Source: Acidimicrobiia bacterium (GTDB taxonomy: Bacteria > Actinomycetota > Acidimicrobiia > Spongiisociales > ZC4RG35). From it: a stretch of 64,000 nt of DNA. The stretch spans positions 15,753 through 79,752 of the forward strand of contig DASVDX010000022.1 of NCBI GenBank assembly GCA_036380875.1, read 5' to 3'. The notes beneath the pieces were generated by a model. The model searched no databases, was not told the DNA's origin, and saw only the letters and a program-made list of their open reading frames with translations. The translations under genes were made by a program, and so were the position numbers. Below are positions 36,303 through 45,573 of the stretch, piece after piece. Position 1 is the first letter of the stretch; every line of letters starts with the position of its first letter.

Positions 36303-37238
36303 ATGACGGATGCGAAGTTCCCCCACAAAGTGGGATGGATCGGTACAGGGAGGATGGGGTTCGAGCTGGCCAGCCGCCTCCTCGACGCCGGTGTGGACCT
36401 GTGGGTGTGGAACCGGACCCGTTCCAAGGCCGAACCTCTCGCCGAGAAGGGGGCCAAGGTGGTCGACTCGCCGGCAGAGCTGGCGGGGAGAGACATCGTG
36501 TTCACGATGGTGGCCGGGCCCCAGGACGTGCTGGAGGTGACGTTCGGGGACAACGGCGTCCTCGCCGGTGAGACCCGGCCCGGGATCATCGTCGACTCGA
36601 CGACCATAGATCCGCCCACGTCGCAGGAGCTGACCCGCCGGGCAGCCGAGGTGGGGACGTCGGTGCTGGCGGCGCCGGTGTCAGGCAATCCCAAGGTGGT
36701 GAAGTCGGGGAAGCTGACTTCAGTGGTGTCAGGCCCGCGAGACGCGTGGGAGACGGCCCGGCCCTACATCGAGCTCTTCGGACGACGGGCCACCTATGTC
36801 GGTGAAGGCGACGCGGCGCGTCTCGTCAAGATCTGCCACAACCTGATGCTGGGCGTGGTCGCCCAGATGATGGCCGAGGTCACCCTGCTCGCCGAGGCCT
36901 ACGGCGTTTCCCGCTACGACTTCCTCGAGTTCCTGAACGACAGCGTCATGGGCTCGACCTTCACCCGGTACAAGACCCCGGCGTTCGTGAACCTGGAGTA
37001 CGAGCCGCCCACGTTCACTTGGCATCTCCTCCGCAAGGACCTGGAGCTCGGCCTCGCCGCCGGGCGCGATCTCGATGTCCCCCTGCCGACGACGGCCCTC
37101 GTCCACCAGATCTTGGTCGACGGCATCGGCCAGGGCTATGGCGACCTCGACTTCGCGGCGTTGCTCTCGCGGCTCGCCGCCGGTGCCGGTCGTAAGATCG
37201 AACCCGAGAATCGAGAAGTCTCCGACGGATTGAGCTGA
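36303..37238 (+). CDS. NAD(P)-dependent 3-hydroxyacid dehydrogenase family protein (HIBADH / 6PGDH NAD-binding)
   Basis: VGWIGTGRMGFELASRL Rossmann motif and the 6PGDH NAD-binding C-terminal domain. RBS GAGAGGAG. Confidence 0.8.
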   Translation: MTDAKFPHKVGWIGTGRMGFELASRLLDAGVDLWVWNRTRSKAEPLAEKGAKVVDSPAELAGRDIVFTMVAGPQDVLEVTFGDNGVLAGETRPGIIVDSTTIDPPTSQELTRRAAEVGTSVLAAPVSGNPKVVKSGKLTSVVSGPRDAWETARPYIELFGRRATYVGEGDAARLVKICHNLMLGVVAQMMAEVTLLAEAYGVSRYDFLEFLNDSVMGSTFTRYKTPAFVNLEYEPPTFTWHLLRKDLELGLAAGRDLDVPLPTTALVHQILVDGIGQGYGDLDFAALLSRLAAGAGRKIEPENREVSDGLS

Positions 37239-37239
37239 C

Positions 37240-38706
37240 ATGACCGAGAACCCCGTCCTCGAACAGTTGAAGAAGCAGGGCCACGATCGTCTGCTGATCG
37301 GTGGCGAGTGGCGCGAGGCCTCCGACGGCGCCGAGATCGAGGTCCTCGATCCGTCGACGGGGGAGCCGGTGGCGTCGGTGCCGAGCGCTTCGGTCGACGA
37401 CGTCCTCGCCGCCGTGGACGCGGCGGAGGCTGCATCGGAGGCGTGGGCGGCGACGCCGCCTCGTCAACGGGGCGAGATCCTGCGGCGGGCCTTCGAGATG
37501 ATGATCGACCGGGCCGACGATCTCGCCTCCCTGATCGTGTTGGAGATGGGCAAGACCTTCGCCGAGTCGAAGGCGGAGATCGCGTATGCCGCCGAGTTCT
37601 ATCGCTGGTTCTCCGAGGAGGCGGTTCGCAACGACGGCTCGATCACGTTGGCGCCGGCCGGCGACAAGCGCATCATCGCCATCGGCCAGCCGATCGGGAT
37701 CTCGGTCCTGATCACCCCCTGGAACTTCCCGGCGGCGATGGCCACCCGCAAGATCGGCCCGGCACTCGCCGCCGGATGCACCGTGATCCTCAAGCCCGCC
37801 TCGGACACCCCGCTGACGGCCCTGGCGATCGCCGAGGTGATGGAGGAGGCAGGGGTGCCGGCGGGTGTCATCAACGTGGTGCCCTCTCGGCGTTCGTCGG
37901 AGGTCGTGCCCGCCATGCTGGGGGATCCCCGGGTGCGCAAGCTCTCTTTCACCGGCTCCACCGAGGTCGGCCGCACGCTCCTCGAGCAGGCGGCGGAGAG
38001 GATCATCTCCACGTCGATGGAACTCGGCGGCAATGCCCCGTTTTTGGTGTTCGAGGACGCCGACATCGACGCTGCGGTCGAGGGGGCGATGGTGGCGAAG
38101 ATGCGAAATGGCGGCCAGTCCTGCATCGCCGCCAACCGCTTCCTCGTGCACGAATCCGTGGCCGACGCGTTCGCGGCGGCGTTCGCCGAGCGGATGCGGG
38201 CGGTGAAGGTCGGTCCCGGCATGGAACCGGGCGTCGACCTCGGTCCGCTCATCAACAAGGGCGCCCAGGAGGACATGATCGAGTCGGTGGAACTGGCCAC
38301 TGAGTCCGGCGGCGATGTCCTCGCCGGCGGGAAGGCGCCGGACCGTCCCGGCTTCTTCTTTGAGCCGACGGTGCTGGCCAAGTTGCCCGCCGACGCCCCG
38401 GTTCTCGAGCGCGAGATCTTCGGCCCGGTGGCGCCCATCGTCACCTTCACCAGCGACGAAGAGGCAGTGGCCTTGGCCAACGACACCATCCATGGCCTCG
38501 CTGCCTACCTCTACAGCTCGGACTTGAGCCGGGGGCTGCGGGTGGCCGAGGCGTTGGAGTCGGGAATGGTCGGCATCAACCGGGGTCTGATCTCCGACCC
38601 GGCGGCACCGTTCGGCGGCGTGAAGCAGTCCGGTATCGGCCGCGAGGGCGGCCACGAGGGCATCAAAGAGTTCCTCGAGATCAAGTACATCGCTGCCTCT
38701 TGGTGA
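37240..38706 (+). CDS. NAD-dependent aldehyde dehydrogenase, succinate-semialdehyde dehydrogenase (GabD)-like
   Basis: Catalytic-region motifs ITPWNFP, GQSCIAANR and ELGGNAP. 488 aa. Confidence 0.85.
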   Translation: MTENPVLEQLKKQGHDRLLIGGEWREASDGAEIEVLDPSTGEPVASVPSASVDDVLAAVDAAEAASEAWAATPPRQRGEILRRAFEMMIDRADDLASLIVLEMGKTFAESKAEIAYAAEFYRWFSEEAVRNDGSITLAPAGDKRIIAIGQPIGISVLITPWNFPAAMATRKIGPALAAGCTVILKPASDTPLTALAIAEVMEEAGVPAGVINVVPSRRSSEVVPAMLGDPRVRKLSFTGSTEVGRTLLEQAAERIISTSMELGGNAPFLVFEDADIDAAVEGAMVAKMRNGGQSCIAANRFLVHESVADAFAAAFAERMRAVKVGPGMEPGVDLGPLINKGAQEDMIESVELATESGGDVLAGGKAPDRPGFFFEPTVLAKLPADAPVLEREIFGPVAPIVTFTSDEEAVALANDTIHGLAAYLYSSDLSRGLRVAEALESGMVGINRGLISDPAAPFGGVKQSGIGREGGHEGIKEFLEIKYIAASW

Positions 38707-38713
38707 GCAGGCC

Positions 38714-39115
38714 GTGCCCAAGACACACTCGAACCCCCCGTCCGTTCACCGGCCCAACAACGACGCCTACAGCCACGTCGTCGTGGTCGAAGGCGGCCGT
38801 CTGTTGTTCGTCTCCGGTCAGGTGGGGCTCGACCCCGACTTCAACCTCGTGGGCGACGACGTCTACACCCAGGCCCGCCAGGCTTTCGAGAACCTGCGGG
38901 CGGTGCTCGAAGCCCACGGGGCGACGCCGGCCGACATCATCAAGCTGACCACCTTCGTCGTGGGCGAGGCCCACACTCATCTGCCGGCGCTGGGGAGGGC
39001 CCGAGCCGAGATCCTCGACTTGGAGGTGCCACCCGCTTCGACCCTCGTCGGGGTCCAGTCGCTGGCGATCGAGGGTCTCCTGGTCGAGGTGGAGGCGGTC
39101 GCCGTCGTGGACTGA
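38714..39115 (+). CDS. RidA (YjgF/L-PSP) family enamine/imine deaminase
   Basis: 133-aa protein with the fold signature VSGQVGLDPD...ARAEI....STLVGVQSLAIEGLLVEVE. Confidence 0.8.
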   Translation: MPKTHSNPPSVHRPNNDAYSHVVVVEGGRLLFVSGQVGLDPDFNLVGDDVYTQARQAFENLRAVLEAHGATPADIIKLTTFVVGEAHTHLPALGRARAEILDLEVPPASTLVGVQSLAIEGLLVEVEAVAVVD

Positions 39116-39145
39116 TCCGGGCGGGCACTCCTGGTCGGCCCCCTC

Positions 39146-39159
39146 TACAAGCGTTTGCC
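39146..39159. promoter_or_regulatory. LacI-type operator-like site TACAAGCGTTTGCC upstream of the LacI gene at 39238
   Basis: AAnCGnTTGCC pattern. Confidence 0.4.
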
Positions 39160-39237
39160 GAAACTCCGACACGGGCAAACGCCGTGTGGAACAATGCCGC
39201 CACCACCGCCGGAGGAGGAGGTTCTGCCGACGTGAGC

Positions 39238-40239
39238 ATGCCGACGCTCGACGATGTCGCCCGGGAGGTGGGTGTCCACCCCTCCACCGTGTCGCGCGCT
39301 CTCAACCCGAATCGGGCCCAACTCGTCAACCCGGAGACGCGCAAGGCAGTCGAAGAGGCGGCCCGGCGGCTCGGCTATCGCCCGCACATGGTCGCCCGCG
39401 GGCTGCAGAGCGGCCGGACGGCCACCATCGGCGTCGTGGCCGCTGACCTCGGCAATCCCTTCGTCACCCCGATCATCCACGGCATCACCGCCTCTCTCGA
39501 GATCGGCGAGATCATGCCGGTCATCGCCGAGACCCAGGACGAGCACGAGCGTTTCTCCCGGATCCTCGATCACATGCTCTCCCGGCGCGTCGACGCCGTG
39601 ATCTCTCTCGCAACGCGCGCCGGCGACCGTCGGATACTCGAAGACGCCGCCCGCATCGCCCCGGTCGTGATCGCCGCCCGTCCCCTGCCGGAGAGCGATC
39701 TGCCCCAGGTGGTCCATGACGACGGCGGCGGCGCCACCATGGCCGCCGAGCACCTCCACCAGCTCGGGCACCGTCGGGTAGCCCAGCTCCGCGGCCCGCT
39801 CGACGTGGCCAACTTCTCCCATCGCGCCGAGGCCTTCACCGCCGCCTGTGCCCGACTCGGCATGACCGAGATCGAGGTCCCCGAGATGGCAGCTGTTCCC
39901 ACGATCGCCGAGGGGCGCCGCCTCACCGAGGCGCTTCTGGGAAGGGAGAAGGAGCCTCCGACCGCCATCTTCGCCCACAACGACCTCATGGCGATGGGCA
40001 CCCTGGCGGCACTCCGGGAAGCCGGGCTGCGCGTCCCCGACGACGTCTCCCTGATCGGGTACAACGACCTGCCGATGATGGATCTCGTCACCCCGGCCTT
40101 GACCACCATCCGCTATCCCAGCCGGGAGATCGGCCTCGCCGCGGGGGAATTGGTCATCGAGATACTGGCTGGGGAGGAGGTGAAGAACGTCTGCCTCCAG
40201 CCCGCCCTGGTGGTGCGGGACTCGACGCGCCCGATCTGA
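39238..40239 (+). CDS. LacI-family transcriptional regulator
   Basis: HTH MPTLDDVAREVGVHPSTVSRALN followed by an effector domain. Confidence 0.8.
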   Translation: MPTLDDVAREVGVHPSTVSRALNPNRAQLVNPETRKAVEEAARRLGYRPHMVARGLQSGRTATIGVVAADLGNPFVTPIIHGITASLEIGEIMPVIAETQDEHERFSRILDHMLSRRVDAVISLATRAGDRRILEDAARIAPVVIAARPLPESDLPQVVHDDGGGATMAAEHLHQLGHRRVAQLRGPLDVANFSHRAEAFTAACARLGMTEIEVPEMAAVPTIAEGRRLTEALLGREKEPPTAIFAHNDLMAMGTLAALREAGLRVPDDVSLIGYNDLPMMDLVTPALTTIRYPSREIGLAAGELVIEILAGEEVKNVCLQPALVVRDSTRPI

Positions 40240-40274
40240 TCCGGTCTTGGTAGGCTCTCGGCTACGTTCGAGCC

Positions 40275-40288
40275 TGCAAACGTTTGAA
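40275..40288. promoter_or_regulatory. LacI-type operator-like site TGCAAACGTTTGAA upstream of the SDR gene at 40323
   Basis: Near-perfect palindrome TGCAAACGTTTG. Confidence 0.5.
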
Positions 40289-40322
40289 GGCAGGAGGCGA
40301 GTCGACTCGTGAGGAGGCGTCG

Positions 40323-41021
40323 ATGAGTGGAAGCGTTGTCGTCATCGGGGGATCGTCCGGGCTGGGCAAGGCAGTCGCCGCCCATTACGCCGCCCAGGGC
40401 CGGCAGGTCGTCGTCACCAGCCGGGACGAGGAGAGGGCGGAAGAAGCCGCCCGCGAGATCGGCGGGTCGACGACCGGGATCGCCGTCGACATCAGTCGCC
40501 CGGCCGAGGTCGCCTCGGCCCTGGCCGGGGTCGGGCCCGTCCAGTACCTGGTGATCGCCGCCATCGAGCGCGACGAGAACACGATCCGTGACTACGCCGT
40601 CGACCGCGCCATCGACCTGGCGACGCTCAAGCTGGTCGGTTATCCGGCGGTGATCCACGCCCTCCACGACCGGTTCACCGATGACGCCGCCGTCGTCCTC
40701 TTCGGAGGTCTGGCCAAGGACAGGCCGTATCCCGGGTCCACGATGGTGAGCACGGTCAACGGGGGAATCTCCACCTTGATCAACACGCTGGCCCTCGAAC
40801 TGGCGCCCTTGCGCTTCAACGCCATCCACCCGGCGGTCGTCGGGGACACCCCCTACTGGCAGGCGAAGCCAGCCGAGGTGCTGGAGGGAATCCGGTCGCG
40901 CACGCCCACCGGGCGGCTGGTGACCACCGCCGACATCGTCCATGCGGTGGCGTTCCTCCTCGAGAACCAGGGCGTGAACGCCATCAACCTGGTGGTCGAC
41001 GGCGGGTCGCTGTTGAAGTGA
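40323..41021 (+). CDS. SDR-family oxidoreductase
   Basis: VIGGSSGLGKAVA Rossmann motif. 232 aa. Confidence 0.8.
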   Translation: MSGSVVVIGGSSGLGKAVAAHYAAQGRQVVVTSRDEERAEEAAREIGGSTTGIAVDISRPAEVASALAGVGPVQYLVIAAIERDENTIRDYAVDRAIDLATLKLVGYPAVIHALHDRFTDDAAVVLFGGLAKDRPYPGSTMVSTVNGGISTLINTLALELAPLRFNAIHPAVVGDTPYWQAKPAEVLEGIRSRTPTGRLVTTADIVHAVAFLLENQGVNAINLVVDGGSLLK

Positions 41022-41032
41022 GTGGGCGGCCG

Positions 41033-42067
41033 TCAGCCTTCGACGGCCGCCAACAAGATATCGAGATTGTCGGGGTCGGGGCGTAGCTCCCCCGCCTCGA
41101 TCCGACGAGCGACATCGACGACGGCCCGGTTCACCGGGGTGGCGACGCCGTGTCCGGCGCCGAGGCGGACCACGTTGCCGTTGATGTCGTGCACCTCCGA
41201 ACGCCGGCCCTTCATCCAGTCCTGGAGCACCGTGGTCTTCGTCTCGGGGAGCACGAAACCTTCGAGCAGTGTGTCCAGGAGGAACTCGGCCAGGTCGTAG
41301 GAGTCGTCGGGCATCTCGTCTCGGGTCACACCGAAGATCGGCAGGACGGGGTAACCGACCGCTTCGCCGACCTGCAGTGCCTCGTCGCTGGAGCGGATCA
41401 TGAGGCGACGCATCGCCGGGATGTGTGCGGCCTCGAGCATCGGCAATCCGAGGATGGCGGTGGTGACGAGCGTCGCCGCATTGCTCACCAACTTCATCCA
41501 CTTGGCGGCGAGGATCTCGTCCATGATCTCCACGGTCCCGGAATGCCGGAGCAGCGAGGCGACCTCCTCCTCCCGGCCACGGGTGCTCGGATGGAGGCTG
41601 CCGACGGCGAACCAGGAGCGTTCCGGGGGCGAGTTGCGCTCGACCACCCCCGGCTCCCACATCATCGAGGAGACCTCGATGACACAGCCGAGTGTTCGGT
41701 TCGGGCCCACCACTTCGGCGATCGTCTCGGCGGTCATGCCGTTCTGGACCCCGACGAGCAGTCCATCGGGTTTCAGGTAGGGCTCGATCAAATGGGCGGC
41801 CCAACGCGAGTCGTAGGCCTTCATCAGCATCAGGACGACGTCGAAGCGGTCGCGGAACGTCGCCACGTCGCACAGGTGGAACACGCGCACGTCCTGGGTC
41901 AGGGTCCGGTTCGGCATCTCGATGCGGATGCCGTTCTTCCGCATCGCCTCCACGTGCTCGGGCCACTGCTCGATCAGCACGACATCGACACCGGCGGCCG
42001 CGAGGTCGGCCCCGATCGATGCCCCGTTGGCTCCGGCTCCCAACACCGCGATCTTCGGCTGGCTCAC
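41033..42067 (-). CDS. Ketopantoate reductase (PanE/ApbA) family oxidoreductase, paralog A
   Basis: KIAVLGAGANGASIGADL N-terminal Rossmann motif and the PanE C-terminal domain. Confidence 0.8.
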   Translation of the reverse strand: MSQPKIAVLGAGANGASIGADLAAAGVDVVLIEQWPEHVEAMRKNGIRIEMPNRTLTQDVRVFHLCDVATFRDRFDVVLMLMKAYDSRWAAHLIEPYLKPDGLLVGVQNGMTAETIAEVVGPNRTLGCVIEVSSMMWEPGVVERNSPPERSWFAVGSLHPSTRGREEEVASLLRHSGTVEIMDEILAAKWMKLVSNAATLVTTAILGLPMLEAAHIPAMRRLMIRSSDEALQVGEAVGYPVLPIFGVTRDEMPDDSYDLAEFLLDTLLEGFVLPETKTTVLQDWMKGRRSEVHDINGNVVRLGAGHGVATPVNRAVVDVARRIEAGELRPDPDNLDILLAAVEG

Positions 42068-42210
42068 GTAGTCGATCCTCCTTCGTCTGCGCGGACGCTA
42101 CCAGCCGCCGTTTCAGCGTCGCTCGACAGCGCCCACCCCTGGTTGCCGGGCAATGCGGTTCGCGTATAGCGTCACTGAACACACCGCGCAGCGCGACTCG
42201 AGGAGGGACA

Positions 42211-43242
42211 GTGGACAAGAAGATCGCGGTCCTCGGCACGGGAGCCAACGGCGCCGGGATAGGCGCCGACATGGTGCGAGCCGGGCTGGACGTCACGTTC
42301 ATCGAGCAGTGGCCGGCTCACGTCGAGGCCATGCGGGCCGACGGCATCCGGGTCGTGATGCCCGACGAGACCACGGTGACGCCGGTGAGGGCGATCCACC
42401 TGTGTGAGGTGGCGACCTTGCGGGAGAAGTTCGACATCGTGTTCGTGGTGTTGAAGGCCTACGACACCCGGTGGGGCTGCGAGTTGATCAAACCGGTCCT
42501 CGCCGACGACGGTCTCGTCGTCGGCCTGCAGAACGGCATGTCGATCGACGACATCGCCGCCGCCGTGTCTCCGCAGCGGACGATCGGCGCCGTGATCGAG
42601 ATGGCGTCGAACATGTTCGATCCGGGCACGGTCGTGCGGGAGACGCCCCCGTCGGGATGCTGGTTCACGGTCGGCGCCATCCACCCCGACACGGTGGGAC
42701 GCGAGGACGAAGTGGTGGAGGTGCTGTCGCACTCGGGGGCGGTCGAGGTGTCCGAAGACATCCGCTCCTCGAAGTGGATGAAGCTCGTCGCCAACGCTGC
42801 CGAGCTCGTCCCGTCGGCCATCCTCAACCTGCCCTTGGCCGATGCCGTCCAGGTGCCGGGAATGCGCCAGTTCATGGACCGCAACGCGGTGGAGGCAATC
42901 GAAACCGCCATCGCCCTCGGCAACCGTCCCATGCCGATCTTCGGCCTGACCGAAGTCGGGTTGCCTCCGGCCGAGTATGCCATCCAACTCTTCGACATCG
43001 TGCTGGAGCGCTTCTCCACGCCCACGACCAGGACCACCGTCCTCCAGGACTGGCTGAAAGGACGTCGAGCCGAGATCCACGAGATCAATGGCCTCGTCGT
43101 CAGGGAGAGTGAGCGCCTCGGACGGCAGGCGCCGGCCAATACCCGTACGGTCGAGGTCGCCCGGCGGATCGAAGCCGGGGAGATCGAGGCTCACCCCGAC
43201 AACGTCGCCTTGTTGCTCGCCGACGATCTCGCCGCCGTGTGA
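42211..43242 (+). CDS. Ketopantoate reductase (PanE/ApbA) family oxidoreductase, paralog B
   Basis: KIAVLGTGANGAGIGADM motif. About 60% identical to paralog A and divergently transcribed from it. GTG start with RBS GAGGAGGG. Confidence 0.8.
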   Translation: MDKKIAVLGTGANGAGIGADMVRAGLDVTFIEQWPAHVEAMRADGIRVVMPDETTVTPVRAIHLCEVATLREKFDIVFVVLKAYDTRWGCELIKPVLADDGLVVGLQNGMSIDDIAAAVSPQRTIGAVIEMASNMFDPGTVVRETPPSGCWFTVGAIHPDTVGREDEVVEVLSHSGAVEVSEDIRSSKWMKLVANAAELVPSAILNLPLADAVQVPGMRQFMDRNAVEAIETAIALGNRPMPIFGLTEVGLPPAEYAIQLFDIVLERFSTPTTRTTVLQDWLKGRRAEIHEINGLVVRESERLGRQAPANTRTVEVARRIEAGEIEAHPDNVALLLADDLAAV

Positions 43243-43292
43243 AGTCTCCCGATCCCGCTTGACGACGCGCTCGCCCGTGTGGGAACATCGAT

Positions 43293-43306
43293 TGCAAGCG
43301 CCTGCA
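43293..43306. promoter_or_regulatory. LacI-type operator-like site TGCAAGCGCCTGCA upstream of the Liv-type SBP gene at 43426
   Basis: TGCAAnCGnnTGCA pattern. Confidence 0.45.
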
Positions 43307-43425
43307 AAGGTTTGGGCAGACGCCGCCGGCGACGAGGCGGGCCTCTCCAAGGGGGTCGCGGACGCGTCGGGTTCTCGTGTCTGAAGGGTTCGCCGTCCGG
43401 GCGAATGAACAGAGGAGGAACCTTG

Positions 43426-44811
43426 ATGAGAGGCAGAACCGGAACGCTCGGTGCGACCGGCAATCGTTTACTGGCCAGATGGGCACGACTGCTCGCCGCA
43501 GTGACGGCCCTGCTGCTGGTCCTCACCGCGTGTGGGGGAGCCGGCGGCGGTGACACCACCGCGGCTACGACCGGTGACACCCCAGCCGACACGACCGCCG
43601 AGACCACGGCGGAGACGACAGCCGACACGACCGCCGACACCACTGCCGATACCACCGCTACGACCGACGGAGGCGAGGCGCCTTCCGGTGACCCGATCAA
43701 GATCGGCGGCACTCTCGGCCTGACCGGCATCTACTCCGGTCCGTCCGCCGGTTACCAGATCGCCTACAACTACTGGGCCGATCAGGTCAACGCCAGCGGC
43801 GGCCTCCTGGGTCGTCCGGTCGAGCTGATCATCTACGACGACGAGAGCACGCCTCAGGTCGCTCAGCAGCTCTACCAGCGGCTGATCAACGAGGACCAGG
43901 TGGATCTCTTGTTCGCTCCCTACACCACCGCCGTCGGCGGCGCGGTGATCCCGATCACCGAGCGGGCCGGCAAGCTCGTGGTGAACGCCGGCTTCGTCGG
44001 CAAGGAGATCCACATGCAGTCGGAGCTCCTCGTGAGCACCTGGCCGTACCAGGACAACGAGTACCCGCGGCCTCTCTTCGAGTTCATCAAGACTCTCCCC
44101 GAGGACGAGCGGCCGCAGACCGTTGCCATTGCGACCGCCCAGAACCCGTTCACACTCGTCGCCCGTGACGGCGTCGACGGTGAAGGCGGCGTGATCAACT
44201 ACGCCGAGGAAGCCGGGCTCGAGGTGGTCGTCAACGAGGAGTACGACCAGACCGCCACCGACCTGTCCAGCCTGATCCAGCGGGTCCAGCAGTCGGACGC
44301 CGACGTGTTCGTGGCGCTCAGCCTGCCCAACGACGCCGCGCTGATCGCCAACACCGTCTACCAGGCCGGCTACAACCCGCAGATCTACTGCCAGTGCGGC
44401 TCTCAGGTCACCACCCTGCCCAACTGGCCGGACCTGGGGGAGGCCGGGATCAACGTGTTCGCCACCACGACGGCCTGGCCGACGCTGGACTACAACGGGC
44501 TGGCCGAGTTGACCGACTATCTGCTCGACGAGCTGGGTGTCCCCGTGCTCCCCGCCTACGCCGCCGCCGGTTACGCCGCCGGCCAGATCATCCAGCAGGC
44601 GGTGGAAGGCACGGGCAGCCTCGACTCCCAGGAGTTGCGCGAGTACATCGCCAACAACACCTTCGACACCGCCGTCGGCCAGATCAGCTACAACGAGGAC
44701 GGCACGGTGGCGTTCAACGCCCTGCTGCTCCAGTACCAGGAGGACGGCAACCAGGTGATCTGGCCCGAGAACGAGGCCACCGGCGAAGCGGTGATGCCGC
44801 TGCGTCCGTGA
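43426..44811 (+). CDS. Liv-type ABC transporter substrate-binding lipoprotein
   Basis: Lipobox LVLTACGGAGG, a (T-T-A-D/E)x6 linker ending EAPSGDP, then a PBP type I fold. RBS AGGAGGA 6 nt upstream. Confidence 0.8.
   Translation: MRGRTGTLGATGNRLLARWARLLAAVTALLLVLTACGGAGGGDTTAATTGDTPADTTAETTAETTADTTADTTADTTATTDGGEAPSGDPIKIGGTLGLTGIYSGPSAGYQIAYNYWADQVNASGGLLGRPVELIIYDDESTPQVAQQLYQRLINEDQVDLLFAPYTTAVGGAVIPITERAGKLVVNAGFVGKEIHMQSELLVSTWPYQDNEYPRPLFEFIKTLPEDERPQTVAIATAQNPFTLVARDGVDGEGGVINYAEEAGLEVVVNEEYDQTATDLSSLIQRVQQSDADVFVALSLPNDAALIANTVYQAGYNPQIYCQCGSQVTTLPNWPDLGEAGINVFATTTAWPTLDYNGLAELTDYLLDELGVPVLPAYAAAGYAAGQIIQQAVEGTGSLDSQELREYIANNTFDTAVGQISYNEDGTVAFNALLLQYQEDGNQVIWPENEATGEAVMPLRP
43589..43660 (+). 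repeat. Six tandem copies of a 12-nt unit (GACACGACCGCC-like) inside the SBP gene, encoding a (D/E-T-T-A)x6 linker
   Basis: gacacgaccgcc gagaccacggcg gagacgacagcc gacacgaccgcc gacaccactgcc gataccaccgct read directly from the sequence. Confidence 0.7.
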
Positions 44812-44832
44812 GGGCCGGAAGGTAGCGAGCCG

Positions 44833-45573
44833 ATGGGCCCGGTGATCGAAGCCGAGAAGCTGGTCAAACGGTTCGGCGGGATGACGGCTGTCGACGAGGC
44901 GTCGTTCACCGTCGAAGCGGGTGCGCTTCTCGGAGTCATCGGGCCCAACGGCTCCGGCAAGACCACGACGCTCAACATCCTCAACGGGGCGATCCGCCCT
45001 GACGACGGCGTCGTGCGCGTCAACGGCAAGGAGATGCAGGGCAAGGCGAGTACGGCGTTCGTCGGAGCCGGGGTGAGCCGGACCTTCCAGAACCCGCGGG
45101 TGTTCACGACGATCACCGCCCTGGAGAACATGCTCGTGCCTGTCCTCCACCAAAAGGGCAAGGGAGTGGACTGGCGCGAAAAGGCCTTGGAGCTGCTCGC
45201 CTTCGTGGGGCTGGAGGACCACCGCGACACCCCGGCGAGTGAGCTCTCCGGGGGCCAGCAGAAGCTGCTCGAGTTCGTACGGGCGCTGATGACCGACCCC
45301 TCGGTGGTCCTGATGGACGAGCCCTTTGCCGGAGTGCACCCGAGCGTGAAGGAGCTCATGCGCCAGCGAATCCTCGACCGCAACCGGGAGGGGACGGCGT
45401 TCGTGATCGTCAGTCACGAGATCCCCGACCTGACGCGCCTCTGCCCCCAGATCCTCTGCATGTCGAGTGGCAAGGTCGTCGCCTACGGCCCGCCTTCCGA
45501 AGTCACCTCCGACCCGCACGTCATCGAGGCCTACCTGGGCCACGGTCCGTCCGCCGGGAACGGTTCGTCATGA
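44833..45573 (+). CDS. ABC transporter ATP-binding protein (LivG-like)
   Basis: GPNGSGKTT, LSGGQQKLLE and LMDEPFAG motifs. Confidence 0.85.
   Translation: MGPVIEAEKLVKRFGGMTAVDEASFTVEAGALLGVIGPNGSGKTTTLNILNGAIRPDDGVVRVNGKEMQGKASTAFVGAGVSRTFQNPRVFTTITALENMLVPVLHQKGKGVDWREKALELLAFVGLEDHRDTPASELSGGQQKLLEFVRALMTDPSVVLMDEPFAGVHPSVKELMRQRILDRNREGTAFVIVSHEIPDLTRLCPQILCMSSGKVVAYGPPSEVTSDPHVIEAYLGHGPSAGNGSS

Noticed and set aside
43589-43660. Tandem 12-nt repeats as a CRISPR-like or VNTR non-coding array
   Set aside because: They lie in frame inside the SBP gene and encode a (D/E)TTA linker; there are no spacers and no flanking cas genes.
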